This document shows positions 55,664 to 64,000 of a stretch of DNA of 64,000 nucleotides, one piece after another. A program made the position numbers and the translations under genes. Under the pieces are notes generated by a model, which was not told the origin of the DNA, made no database searches, and saw only the letters and a list, made by a program, of their open reading frames with translations. The stretch is from Gammaproteobacteria bacterium (GTDB lineage Bacteria; Pseudomonadota; Gammaproteobacteria; Eutrophobiales; Eutrophobiaceae), in the NCBI GenBank assembly GCA_963923955.1, contig OZ000552.1, forward strand, positions 2,332,456 to 2,396,455. Reading direction: 5' to 3'. How positions within the stretch are numbered: the stretch's first letter is position 1; each line of letters starts with the position of its first letter.

Positions 55664-55859
55664 GCGAAAAGTAGCTTTGTTAGCGGCAGAGCGCTGATCG
55701 TCCTGGCTAATGGGCGTCTGCTAAAAACAGTAATTTTTTTGTGGGCAAGGCGGCGGGGTGGCGCACACATCACCGCAGTGTATAAGCCAAGATGTAAGGA
55801 TGCGGGCACACCGCCAACAATGCCGCCTGATTATCGATAACAAAATCACCCCGCCCCCC

Positions 55860-57238
55860 TCATGCCGGCTGAAAAAAGCGGCCACCTCGTCCAAATCGTA
55901 GCAACGCGGGATGGGCGGCAGGCTGTTCAGGAAGATCCGGCCGTAAGATTTACTCGCCAGGCGCAAGGCACGGTGGTTGGTGAACAGGAAAAACGCCCGG
56001 CCTTGCGTTAATTCGAGCACCGGCAGGGCGGCCGCCACCAACTGCTCGGTGTAGTCCTCATGGCGCGGATCCGGCAAGCCGTGCGGCAGGTACAACAGCG
56101 CCTGGCGTTCAAAGTCAAATGGGCTCTGCCAGGCCTGCGTCGGGGTTTCCGTCAAACCCAGTTGGCCGGCGAAGTGATCAAAGCGATCGTCGACCGCCAG
56201 CGTGGCCGAGGTATAGACGCCGATGCTGCCGTAATCGGCTGGGCGTTGCTGAAAGCTGCTGGCGATGTCCTGCGGCGTCTGGTGTAAGACAAAGCCGCGG
56301 CCACGCAGCGCCGGCCATTGCACCTGCTCGGCGCCGGCGCCTTCCTTGAAATCATCCAGCAGCGCCAGCGCCTCCTTCGCCGCCCCGTCCCGGCCGCATG
56401 CCAGTTGCGCCGCACGCACGGCCTTTTCCATGCCATCCAGGTGCGCGAGGAAGTCCGGCAGATCGGCGGCCTCGGCATAGTACGCCGAGCGGCTGCCCAC
56501 TGCTGATGCTCTGGCTGAAAAACCGCGCGGCGAGTTCTGGTAGCTGGTGCGCCTCATCAAAGATGATCAGATCAACCGCCGGCAGCAGCTCGCCATGGCC
56601 GCTATCGCGCAAGGCCATGTCCGCAAGAAACAGGTGATGATTGACCCTGATCACATCGGCCTCGGCGGCGTGTTTTCTGGCCTTGAAGACAAAGCATTCG
56701 CGGTAATGCTCACACTCCGATCCCAAGCAATTATCCATGGTGGGGGTGATCAGGGGTTTTAGCGGCGTGTTCTCCGGGATGGTATTCAGCTCGCTTAACT
56801 CGCCGCTATCGGTTTGCTCCGCCCAGTCTTCTATGGCGGCCAGCTGGCGGCGCGCGCTCGCATCCAAGTCGCCCGGATGGTCATGCTCGCCCCGGGACTG
56901 TTCTAGCCGCTGCCGGCAGAGATAATTCGCCCGACCCTTTAGCAGGGTGATATGGACCGGCCGGCCGATGGCCTGGCGCACCCGCGGCAGGTCTTTCTCA
57001 GACAGTTGATCTTGCAGGTGGCGGGTGCCGGTCAAGGCGATGGTCTTTTGCCCGGCCAGGAGCGCCGGGCAAGATAGGCGAAGGTCTTGCCGGTGCCGGC
57101 CTCGCAGATGAAGGACTGGTCAGCGGCAATCGCCGCAGCGATGGCATCAGCCATAGCGAGTTGTTGCGGGCGCGGGGCGAAATCAGCGATGCGCTCGGCC
57201 AGGGCGCCCTGCTCACCCAGAATATCTCGAGGCAGCAT
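55860..57238 (-). pseudogene. yoaA: DinG/YoaA family Fe-S DNA helicase, fragmented
   Basis: Three frames: PRPQQ plus shortened Walker A EAGTGKT; LKGRANYLC...DEAH; TSATL...SPFD.ERQ. Frameshifts and internal deletions. Confidence 0.85.
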
Positions 57239-57259
57239 GTGGCAAGCATAACGTAGTTA

Positions 57260-57434
57260 CGTACAGGACGTACGGTATGCTGCGAGTGCAGGGGCAAGGA
57301 TTGCTCTTGGCAATCCTGTTGCATTTATCGCCATGGACGGCGTGCATGCAAGGCAATCGTCGGGAACGATTGCTGCACTGCCATCCGTGGCGGTCGTATG
57401 ACGGTTTTACAGAACGATTACAGGAATGTAATCG
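57260..57434 (+). ncRNA. Cluster of GGA-loop hairpins (candidate Csr/Rsm-type sRNA or palindromic repeat element)
   Basis: Stem-loops CGTAC-AGGAC-GTACG, CGCC-ATGGAC-GGCG, GCAATCGT-CGGGA-ACGATTGC and CGATTACA-GGAA-TGTAATCG. Confidence 0.4.
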
Positions 57435-57645
57435 GTAGAGCGAAGCTAAGATGCAAGAGCCGAGCAAAAACCGGCGCCCGTCAGTCTGTCATAATGTCAA
57501 ACCGGGCAATGTGCAGGAGCGGTGTATCAGGGTTAAACCAGTGCCCACTGACTGTCCAATGTCAATCAGGCGCATCTCTCTGTAATAGCGTCATGTCTGT
57601 TGAATACACTGGTTACTGTTTCTCCGTCTGACCGGCGCTGGCATG

Positions 57646-58485
57646 TTACTGCTGAATCATCTCCAGCAACCAGCCCCGAAGAGCAACAGCAGGGGCATAG
57701 TTGGACTTGTCAACGGGGGTAATAAGATAGTAAGCAAGCTCGCTCTGGATTAAAAACTCCGGCAACAGCGCCACTCCCAGGTTGGCGGTGGCAGCCTGGA
57801 TAAGGATAGAAAACTGCTCAAAAAACATCCCCGGATTGCAAGGAGGCGAGATCTGGTGCAAGGCAAACCAGTCATTCCATGCATGCTCACGCGATGATAA
57901 GTGTAGCAACGGTAGCTGCGTCATATCCTCAGCGCTGTTAACCTGCATCTGTTGCAGAAGTTCAGGTGAACATACCGGCATGACCCTTTCCGTCATTAAA
58001 AAAGTGCTGTTACTATTCGGCCAGTTCGGTTCACCGTAATGGATAGCTGCATGCAGATCCTCGCTGTAGAAATCAAAAGGCGAGAGCTTGGTGACGAAGT
58101 TCACCGTGATCTCCGGATGCTTCTTTAGAAAGAGTGGAAAGCGCGGCATCAACCAGCGGGAGCCGAAAGTGGGCAAAATGGCCAGGTTAAGAGTGCCACT
58201 CAGTGGACTGCTGATAAGGTTCAACGAAGCTTTACGGATAGCGTTGAGCGCCGCATGGATCTCTTGCTTATACGCCCGGCCCTTGCTGGTCAGTTGGACG
58301 GTCTTGCCTGTGCGCTCAAACAGCACCACATCCAGCTACACTTCCAAGGCATGGATCTGCCGACTGATCGCGCCTTGGGTCAGACTCAATTCATGCGCTG
58401 CTTTGGAGAAGATCTCTGTTCTCGCCGCCGCATCAAAGGCCATCAGCATGCTCATGCTGGGAAATAATCGTCGCCGATATAACAC
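57646..58485 (-). pseudogene. LysR family (GcvA-like) regulator with in-frame TAG
   Basis: HTH AAHELSLTQGAISRQIHALEV* interrupted by TAG at 58336-58338, continuing LDVVLFER in frame; apparent short deletion near the C-terminus. Confidence 0.85.
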
Positions 58486-58649
58486 GCAAGCATATTACTA
58501 TAGATCATATATGCGTAACAAATAATCTATGCTAAGAAAGGCTGCGCTTCAGCTACCATGCCCAGCATGAAACTGTAAAGACTGGCAGTGGCTACCCACG
58601 CGTTGACATAAAAGAATACGCAGAAAGACACCATCCGTGATACATTATC

Positions 58650-60149
58650 ATGACTAACAGCACAGCTTGCGAGACTATGAAAAGAGTAAAATACACCCCG
58701 TCGGCAAAAGAGCAGGACTTTCTGAACTCCATTGAGTCCGGCAGCTACGAACGGCAGATCATCAAAGGGATAAAGCGTTTTGCCGAGCGTACTGTGCCGG
58801 ATGACATGATCGGTTTTTACTCCACTGATGAGATCAATAATCTGCTCAAGCTGGAAGGCACAACGCGCGATATCGAGGCGCGCATGCCGGTGAAGATCAC
58901 CCGTCATTATTTCGAGCAGGCGAGAAACAGCCCGGCCATGCAGACCTTGATCAAGGCCAGCCCGAAGGAGACCCTGGATCTGGACGGCGCACCGGACCCG
59001 GGCAAGCAGATGGATTACAGCCCGGTGGAGGGTCTGATCCATAAATACGAGCTGGGCCTGATCTATGTGGCCTCGACCTGTTCTGCGCATTGCCGCTTCT
59101 GTTATCGAGAAGAGTTGATCACCGGCAAGGAGGTGGCGCGCCCGGACGGCAGCGTAGCGCCTAAAGGCTTAGCGCAGATCAAGGACATCGTTGATTACAT
59201 CACCGACCACAACCGGCGGGTGGATGAAAACGGCGGTCGCCATCCGCAGACCGGAAGGGAGAAGCTTCGGGAAATCCTGCTGTCCGGCGGCGACCCCATG
59301 GTGCTGAACAACAGGAAAATCGGTGCCTGGCTGGCGGCGCTGGCCGAGGCCGGCGTGGAGAACATCCGCATCGGCACCAAGGAGCTGGCCTTTTTCCCGG
59401 ATCGCTTCGATGCCGCGCTGTTTGACATGCTGGATAAATTTCACGCCCTTTATCCGGACATCAACCTGCGCATCATGACGCATTTCAACCATCCGGATGA
59501 GTTTTTGCGCAAGGATGAAAACGGGGATTACCTGGACAATCCCGGCGGCGGCCTGGTGTGGCTGGACAACACCCGGCAGGCGGTGCGGGCGCTGCGCTGT
59601 CGGCCCTGGATCAATATCGACAACCAGGCGCCCATCATCAAAGGCATCAACGATGATGCCGATGCCCTGCGGATCATGCAGCGCGAATTAAAACGCAACG
59701 GCGTTGAGAATCATTACTTCTTTTGCGGCCGCGACATCATCGGCCACAAGGCATTTAATGTGCCGATTGAAGAAGCCTGGCGCATCCTCAACGAATCGCA
59801 AAAGGGTTTATCCGGGGTGGAGACCCATGCCCGGCTCTCGATTACCCATTACAAGGGCAAGACCGAAGTGGCCGCCGTTACCAACGGACCCTTTGCCAAG
59901 CTGCCGGGCGGCGAGAACGGCGTGTTGATCTTCAAGTTGTTGCGCTCGGCGGCGGACGCCCCGGAGCGCTGCCTGGTTAGCATCGTCGGCCGCAACCCGC
60001 AGGCGATCTGGTTTAGTGATTATGATGATCGAGTGCTCTATGATGAGGCCGGTTTGTATTCCATGTACGGCATCCCGGTGCAAGGCCAGGCCGAGAGTCC
60101 AACCCATAGCAAGCAGCCCGTATTGACGTCCATCGCCGCCAATCAGTAG
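58650..60149 (+). CDS. KamA-family radical SAM aminomutase
   Basis: HKY, CSAHCRFCYR (CxxxCxxC), LLSGGDP, IRIGTK, THFNHPDE and NQAP..KGINDD motifs. Confidence 0.88.
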   Translation: MTNSTACETMKRVKYTPSAKEQDFLNSIESGSYERQIIKGIKRFAERTVPDDMIGFYSTDEINNLLKLEGTTRDIEARMPVKITRHYFEQARNSPAMQTLIKASPKETLDLDGAPDPGKQMDYSPVEGLIHKYELGLIYVASTCSAHCRFCYREELITGKEVARPDGSVAPKGLAQIKDIVDYITDHNRRVDENGGRHPQTGREKLREILLSGGDPMVLNNRKIGAWLAALAEAGVENIRIGTKELAFFPDRFDAALFDMLDKFHALYPDINLRIMTHFNHPDEFLRKDENGDYLDNPGGGLVWLDNTRQAVRALRCRPWINIDNQAPIIKGINDDADALRIMQRELKRNGVENHYFFCGRDIIGHKAFNVPIEEAWRILNESQKGLSGVETHARLSITHYKGKTEVAAVTNGPFAKLPGGENGVLIFKLLRSAADAPERCLVSIVGRNPQAIWFSDYDDRVLYDEAGLYSMYGIPVQGQAESPTHSKQPVLTSIAANQ

Positions 60150-60165
60150 CGCGCCCTGAGCAGTA

Positions 60166-60609
60166 CTGTATCGGCAAGACAAGATTGCGCTGAGTCTGGT
60201 GCCACAGGGCACCTTAGCCGAGCGCATCCGCGCCGGTGGGGCCGGGATCCCGGCTTTTTATACGGCAACTGCGGTAGGCACGCCGCTTGCGGAAGGCAAG
60301 GAATCCCGTCGCATCAATGGCCATGAGTATGTGCTGGAGTACGCCTTGCACGCCGATTTTGCCTTGCTCAAGAGCGAATGTGCAGATGGCTAAGGCAACC
60401 TGACTTACAGCAAAACGGCCCGCAATTTTAATCCCATTATGGCGATGGCGGCGGCCACCACTATCGTCCAGACGCGCCGCCTGGTTGCTGCTGGCGGCAT
60501 CGATCCGGAGGTCATCATCACGCCCGGGATCTTTGTTGACCGGGTAGTGCATGTGCCGGCACCGGTGCTGGAGTCTGATTTGATCAAGGCGGGGGTAACT
60601 TACCCGTGA
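60166..60609 (+). pseudogene. 3-oxoacid CoA-transferase subunit A, 5'-truncated with an internal stop
   Basis: PQGTLAERIRAGGAGIPAFYT...D.*GNL.Y.KTARNFNP...TPGIFVDRV; TAA at 60391; similarity begins just after the KamA stop. Confidence 0.85.
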
Positions 60610-61283
60610 GCGTGGCGGAGCAAGCCCTTGGCTGGAGCCGTGGGGAGATGGCGCAGCGCGCGGCTTTGGATATTCCCAATGGTGCCTATCTAAATCTCGG
60701 CATCGGCATCCCGGAGAAGGTGGCGCAGTATGTCCCGGCCGGGCGGGCTGTGATCTATCATACGGAAAACGGTCCGCTCGGCATGGACCCGGCGGCCGCG
60801 CCCGAGCAAGCCGATGCGGAATTGATCAATGCCGGCAAAAATCTGGTAACCGCCATCGCCGGGGCGGCCTATTTTCACCACGCCGACAGCTTCGCCATGA
60901 TCCGCGGCGGCCATATCGATATCTGCGTTTTGGGTGCTATGCAGGTCTCCGCGGCCGGCGATCTGACCAACTGGTCAACCGGGGCCGGCGATGCCATTCC
61001 TTCCGTCGGCGGGGCTATGGATCTGGTCACCGGCGTCAACACCATCCATGTCATCACCCAGCACTGCACCCGGCGTGGTGAAGCGAAGATCGTCAAGACC
61101 TGTAGCTATCCCTTGACCGGGCGGGCCATGGTTGATCGTATCTATACCGACCTGGCGGTGCTGGATCGCACGGCGCAGGGGCTGGTAGTCATTGAATTGG
61201 CGCCCGGTGTTGATTTTGATTATGTGCAGACAAAGACAGGCTGTCGTCTATCGCCTGCTGTCGGGCTTGCGAAGGCCGGGTGA
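60606..61283 (+). CDS. 3-oxoacid CoA-transferase subunit B
   Basis: NLGIGIP, TENG (catalytic Glu), SFAMIRGGH and GGAMDL motifs. Confidence 0.88.
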   Translation: MSVAEQALGWSRGEMAQRAALDIPNGAYLNLGIGIPEKVAQYVPAGRAVIYHTENGPLGMDPAAAPEQADAELINAGKNLVTAIAGAAYFHHADSFAMIRGGHIDICVLGAMQVSAAGDLTNWSTGAGDAIPSVGGAMDLVTGVNTIHVITQHCTRRGEAKIVKTCSYPLTGRAMVDRIYTDLAVLDRTAQGLVVIELAPGVDFDYVQTKTGCRLSPAVGLAKAG

Positions 61284-61311
61284 TCACAACGTACCCTAAG
61301 GCCGAATCGTC

Positions 61312-62335
61312 ATGAAGCACTCGCATAGACCACTCTCAGCGCCCTCGCGCAGCGCCGAGCTTTATCAACGTGCATTGCAAGTCATTCCCGGCGGATGCAG
61401 CCGCAATACCATTTTGCGCGACCCGCAGCCGCTCTATGCCGAGCGCGGCGAGGGCTGTTACTTAAATCGACATCGAGGGCCTTCGCCGACTTGATTTTTC
61501 CAATAACATGGCCTCCCATGATACATGAGCATGCGCAGCCGGACGTGGTCGAGGCGGTCAGCGCCCAGTTGCGCAAGGGCACGGCTTACATGGTCGGCAC
61601 TGAGGCCGAGGTGCTGTTCGCTGAACACCTGTGCAGCCGCAACGCCGGCTTTGAGCAGATACGCTTTGTCAACTCCGGCACCGAGGCGATCATGAATTGC
61701 ATCAAGGCCGCCAGGGCCTATACCGGACGGGCGAAGCTCGCCAAGGTGGAAGGCGCCTACCACGGCGGCTATGACTACGCCGAGGTCAGCCAGATGGCAC
61801 GGCCGGAGAGCTGTGGCCATGTCAATGAGCCGGCCAGCATCGCCACCGTGGCCGGTCGGCGCGACATCATGCAGCTGATGAACCCGCGCGCTGAGCCTTA
61901 CCTATTCCCGCTCTCCGGTACATTCTCGGCCAACCCGGTTACGATGACCGCCGGACTGATCAGCATGCAGCGTTATGATGAAGCCGCCGTGCAACGATTA
62001 AACGCATTAGGCGAACGGACACGCACCGGGATCAGGGAGGCCATGAATCTCGCGGACGTGCCTTTCAGCCTCACCGGAGGCGGCTCGTTTTTCCGCGTTC
62101 ACATTAAGCATGAACCCCGGCAAACTACTGCGAGGCGTATTTATCGGCGGCGGAGAAAAATACCTTGAAACAACTGCTTGAGCATCTCTTTGATCACGGC
62201 ATCATCCTAATCGATACCTGCGCAGGGGCCTTATCCACCCCCATGTCTGCAGCAGAAATTGATCGCCTGATCGAGGTTTTCCTCGCCGGGTTTCGCCGCC
62301 TTAGGCCACCGCAAGTGGGCAAAAGCGCGGCCTGA
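61312..62335 (+). pseudogene. Class III (GSA-like) aminotransferase, frameshifted and internally deleted
   Basis: PGGCSRN, FVNSGTEA, EGAYHG and GTFSANP spread over three frames; the central DEV...GK PLP-binding segment is absent. Confidence 0.8.
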
Positions 62336-62382
62336 CGGCAAGCCTTAACCAGGCGCGCACGAGCGCTCGCGCACTGCCAAGT

Positions 62383-63909
62383 TCACTTTGAAGCGCGGCT
62401 GGCGAATTGGATCCCTTGTGCCAACGGCAGCTCGTTGGAGTAATTGATCGTGGCCGTGCAACGCCGCATGTAGCCCTTCCAGGCGTCACTGCCCGACTCA
62501 CGCCCACCGCCGGTCTCTTTCTCACCACCGAAGGCACCGCCGATCTCGGCCCCGCTCGGGCCGATATTGACATTGGCAAGCCCGCAATCACTGCCCCGGG
62601 CCGATAAAAATTCTTCTGCATCAAGCAGGTTCTGCGTGAAAATACAGGAAGACAAACCCTGCGGGACATCGTTATGCAGCGCCAGCGCCTCCTCAAACAA
62701 CCGATAGGACAGCGCATACAAAATGGGCGCAAAGGTCTCGGTTTTCACCAGCTCGTTTTGTGCTTGCGCCCGGACGATGGCGGGCCTGGCATAATAGCCG
62801 CCGGCCAGTTCGTCCGGCTCAACCGCTTCACCACCATGCACTGCAAAGCCCGTCGCCTTTGCCGAGGCAATGGTCTGTTGCATCCCCGCAAACGCCTGCT
62901 GATCGATCAAGGGACCGACCAGTGTTTCCTTTGCGAAGGGATTGCCGATGCTGATTTGTTCATAGGCCCCACGAAGCGTTTCCAGCAAGCGCTCATAGAT
63001 TTGTTCGTGGATGATGAGCCGCCTTAATGTGGTGCAACGCTGCCCGGCGGTGCCGGTGGCGGCGAACAGGATGGCACGCACCGCCAATTCCAGATCGGCA
63101 GAGGGTGTTACGATCATGGCATTGTTGCCGCCCAACTCCAAGATGCAGCGGCCGAGGCGCTCTGCAACGATGGGCGCAAGCGCCCGTCCCATGCGGGTGC
63201 TGCCGGTGGCGCTGATGATGGGTACGCGCCGATCAGCCACCAGCTGTTGGCCAATGTCCGCCGCACCGATGATTACATGCAGCAGACCCTCCGGCGCCTC
63301 CTCGCCAAACTGTTGCGCCGCCCGCTGAAACAGCTTTTCACATACCAGAGCGGTCAGCGGTGCTTTTTCCGATGGTTTCCAGATGACGCTATCGCCACAG
63401 ACATAGGCGAGCGCCGCATTCCAGGCCCACACGGCCACGGGAAAGTTAAACGCCGAGATGACGCCGACCACGCCCATCGGGTGCCAGTATTCGGCGATCT
63501 TGTGGCCGCGGCGCTCGGACGGCATGGTCAAGCCGTACAGCTGCCGCGACAGGCCAACGGCAAAATCGCAGATGTCGATCATCTCCTGCACCTCGCCCAG
63601 CCCTTCCTGGTAGATCTTGCCGGACTCCAGCGTTACCAGGGCATCAAGCGCGGCCTTGTGGGTGCGTAATTGCTCGGCAAACAAGCGCACCAGCTCGCCC
63701 CGCTGCGGTGCCGGCAGCAAGCGCCAGCGGCGGTAGGCAAGATCCGCGGCGGCGATCTTCTCAGCAACGCTATCGGCGCTATCGCTCGGCACGGAAGCGA
63801 TCACGCGGCCGTTGATCGGCGAGCATACTTCTCGATCCCCAGTCAGGGGGATGGCGTCTTGCAGGCGCAGTGCGTTAAGTATGGCGGGTAAGTCGGTCGG
63901 AATGCTCAT
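62383..63909 (-). CDS. Aldehyde dehydrogenase, ALDH7/AmaB type (alpha-aminoadipic semialdehyde / P6C dehydrogenase-like)
   Basis: SAFNFPVAVW, LELGGNNA, GTAGQRCT, ETFAP and GGGRESGSDAWK.Y motifs; probable start MSIPTD at 63909. Confidence 0.9.
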   Translation of the reverse strand: MSIPTDLPAILNALRLQDAIPLTGDREVCSPINGRVIASVPSDSADSVAEKIAAADLAYRRWRLLPAPQRGELVRLFAEQLRTHKAALDALVTLESGKIYQEGLGEVQEMIDICDFAVGLSRQLYGLTMPSERRGHKIAEYWHPMGVVGVISAFNFPVAVWAWNAALAYVCGDSVIWKPSEKAPLTALVCEKLFQRAAQQFGEEAPEGLLHVIIGAADIGQQLVADRRVPIISATGSTRMGRALAPIVAERLGRCILELGGNNAMIVTPSADLELAVRAILFAATGTAGQRCTTLRRLIIHEQIYERLLETLRGAYEQISIGNPFAKETLVGPLIDQQAFAGMQQTIASAKATGFAVHGGEAVEPDELAGGYYARPAIVRAQAQNELVKTETFAPILYALSYRLFEEALALHNDVPQGLSSCIFTQNLLDAEEFLSARGSDCGLANVNIGPSGAEIGGAFGGEKETGGGRESGSDAWKGYMRRCTATINYSNELPLAQGIQFASRASK

Positions 63910-64000
63910 ATATGTTTTTGCTCCCGGGCCGCTTTGTGTTGCCCCGTCTGTTGCCGATAATAAGCACCGAACCGATTGGCAAGAAAGTCGCATAAGCTCA

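Noticed and set aside
58336-58338. In-frame TAG in LysR (and TAA at 60391) as stop-codon recoding
   Set aside because: TAG and TAA terminate many intact genes here, and the same genes carry other lesions, so pseudogenisation is the simpler explanation.

Overview
A 64-kb chromosomal window from a gammaproteobacterium; gene order tyrS-anmK-erpA-argC, hisGDC-murA and secDF-yajC supports this. It opens with a minus-strand rRNA operon (16S, tRNA-Ile, tRNA-Ala, 23S, 5S cut at the window edge). The standout feature is a family of five long hairpin inserts whose arms are tandem degenerate heptamers (consensus ACAGARG): one in 16S, two in the ITS abutting the tRNAs, and two in 23S. The largest, a ~454-nt IVS in 23S helix 45, carries a four-helix-bundle (23S rRNA-IVP/Avd-like) gene. 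This pattern suggests a gene-bearing element with empty derivatives, or a repeat-binding RNA system; that is inference. A sixth, unrelated AT-rich IVS lies in 23S helix 9. The rest of the window holds housekeeping genes and several accessory loci: a surface-glycan islet with G16/C17 homopolymer tracts and HicAB, squalene-hopene cyclase, a single-polypeptide restriction-modification enzyme with a low-GC specificity region, an orphan trpA, a catabolic-type reductive dehalogenase, a KamA-family radical SAM gene, and a GGA-loop hairpin cluster resembling a Csr/Rsm sRNA. Many deletion-scarred pseudogenes (HDAC stub, ParE pair, hpaG/hpaF junction, yoaA, LysR, CoA transferase, aminotransferase) point to ongoing gene decay. 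All calls come from reading the sequence and ORF track by eye; no database searches were run.
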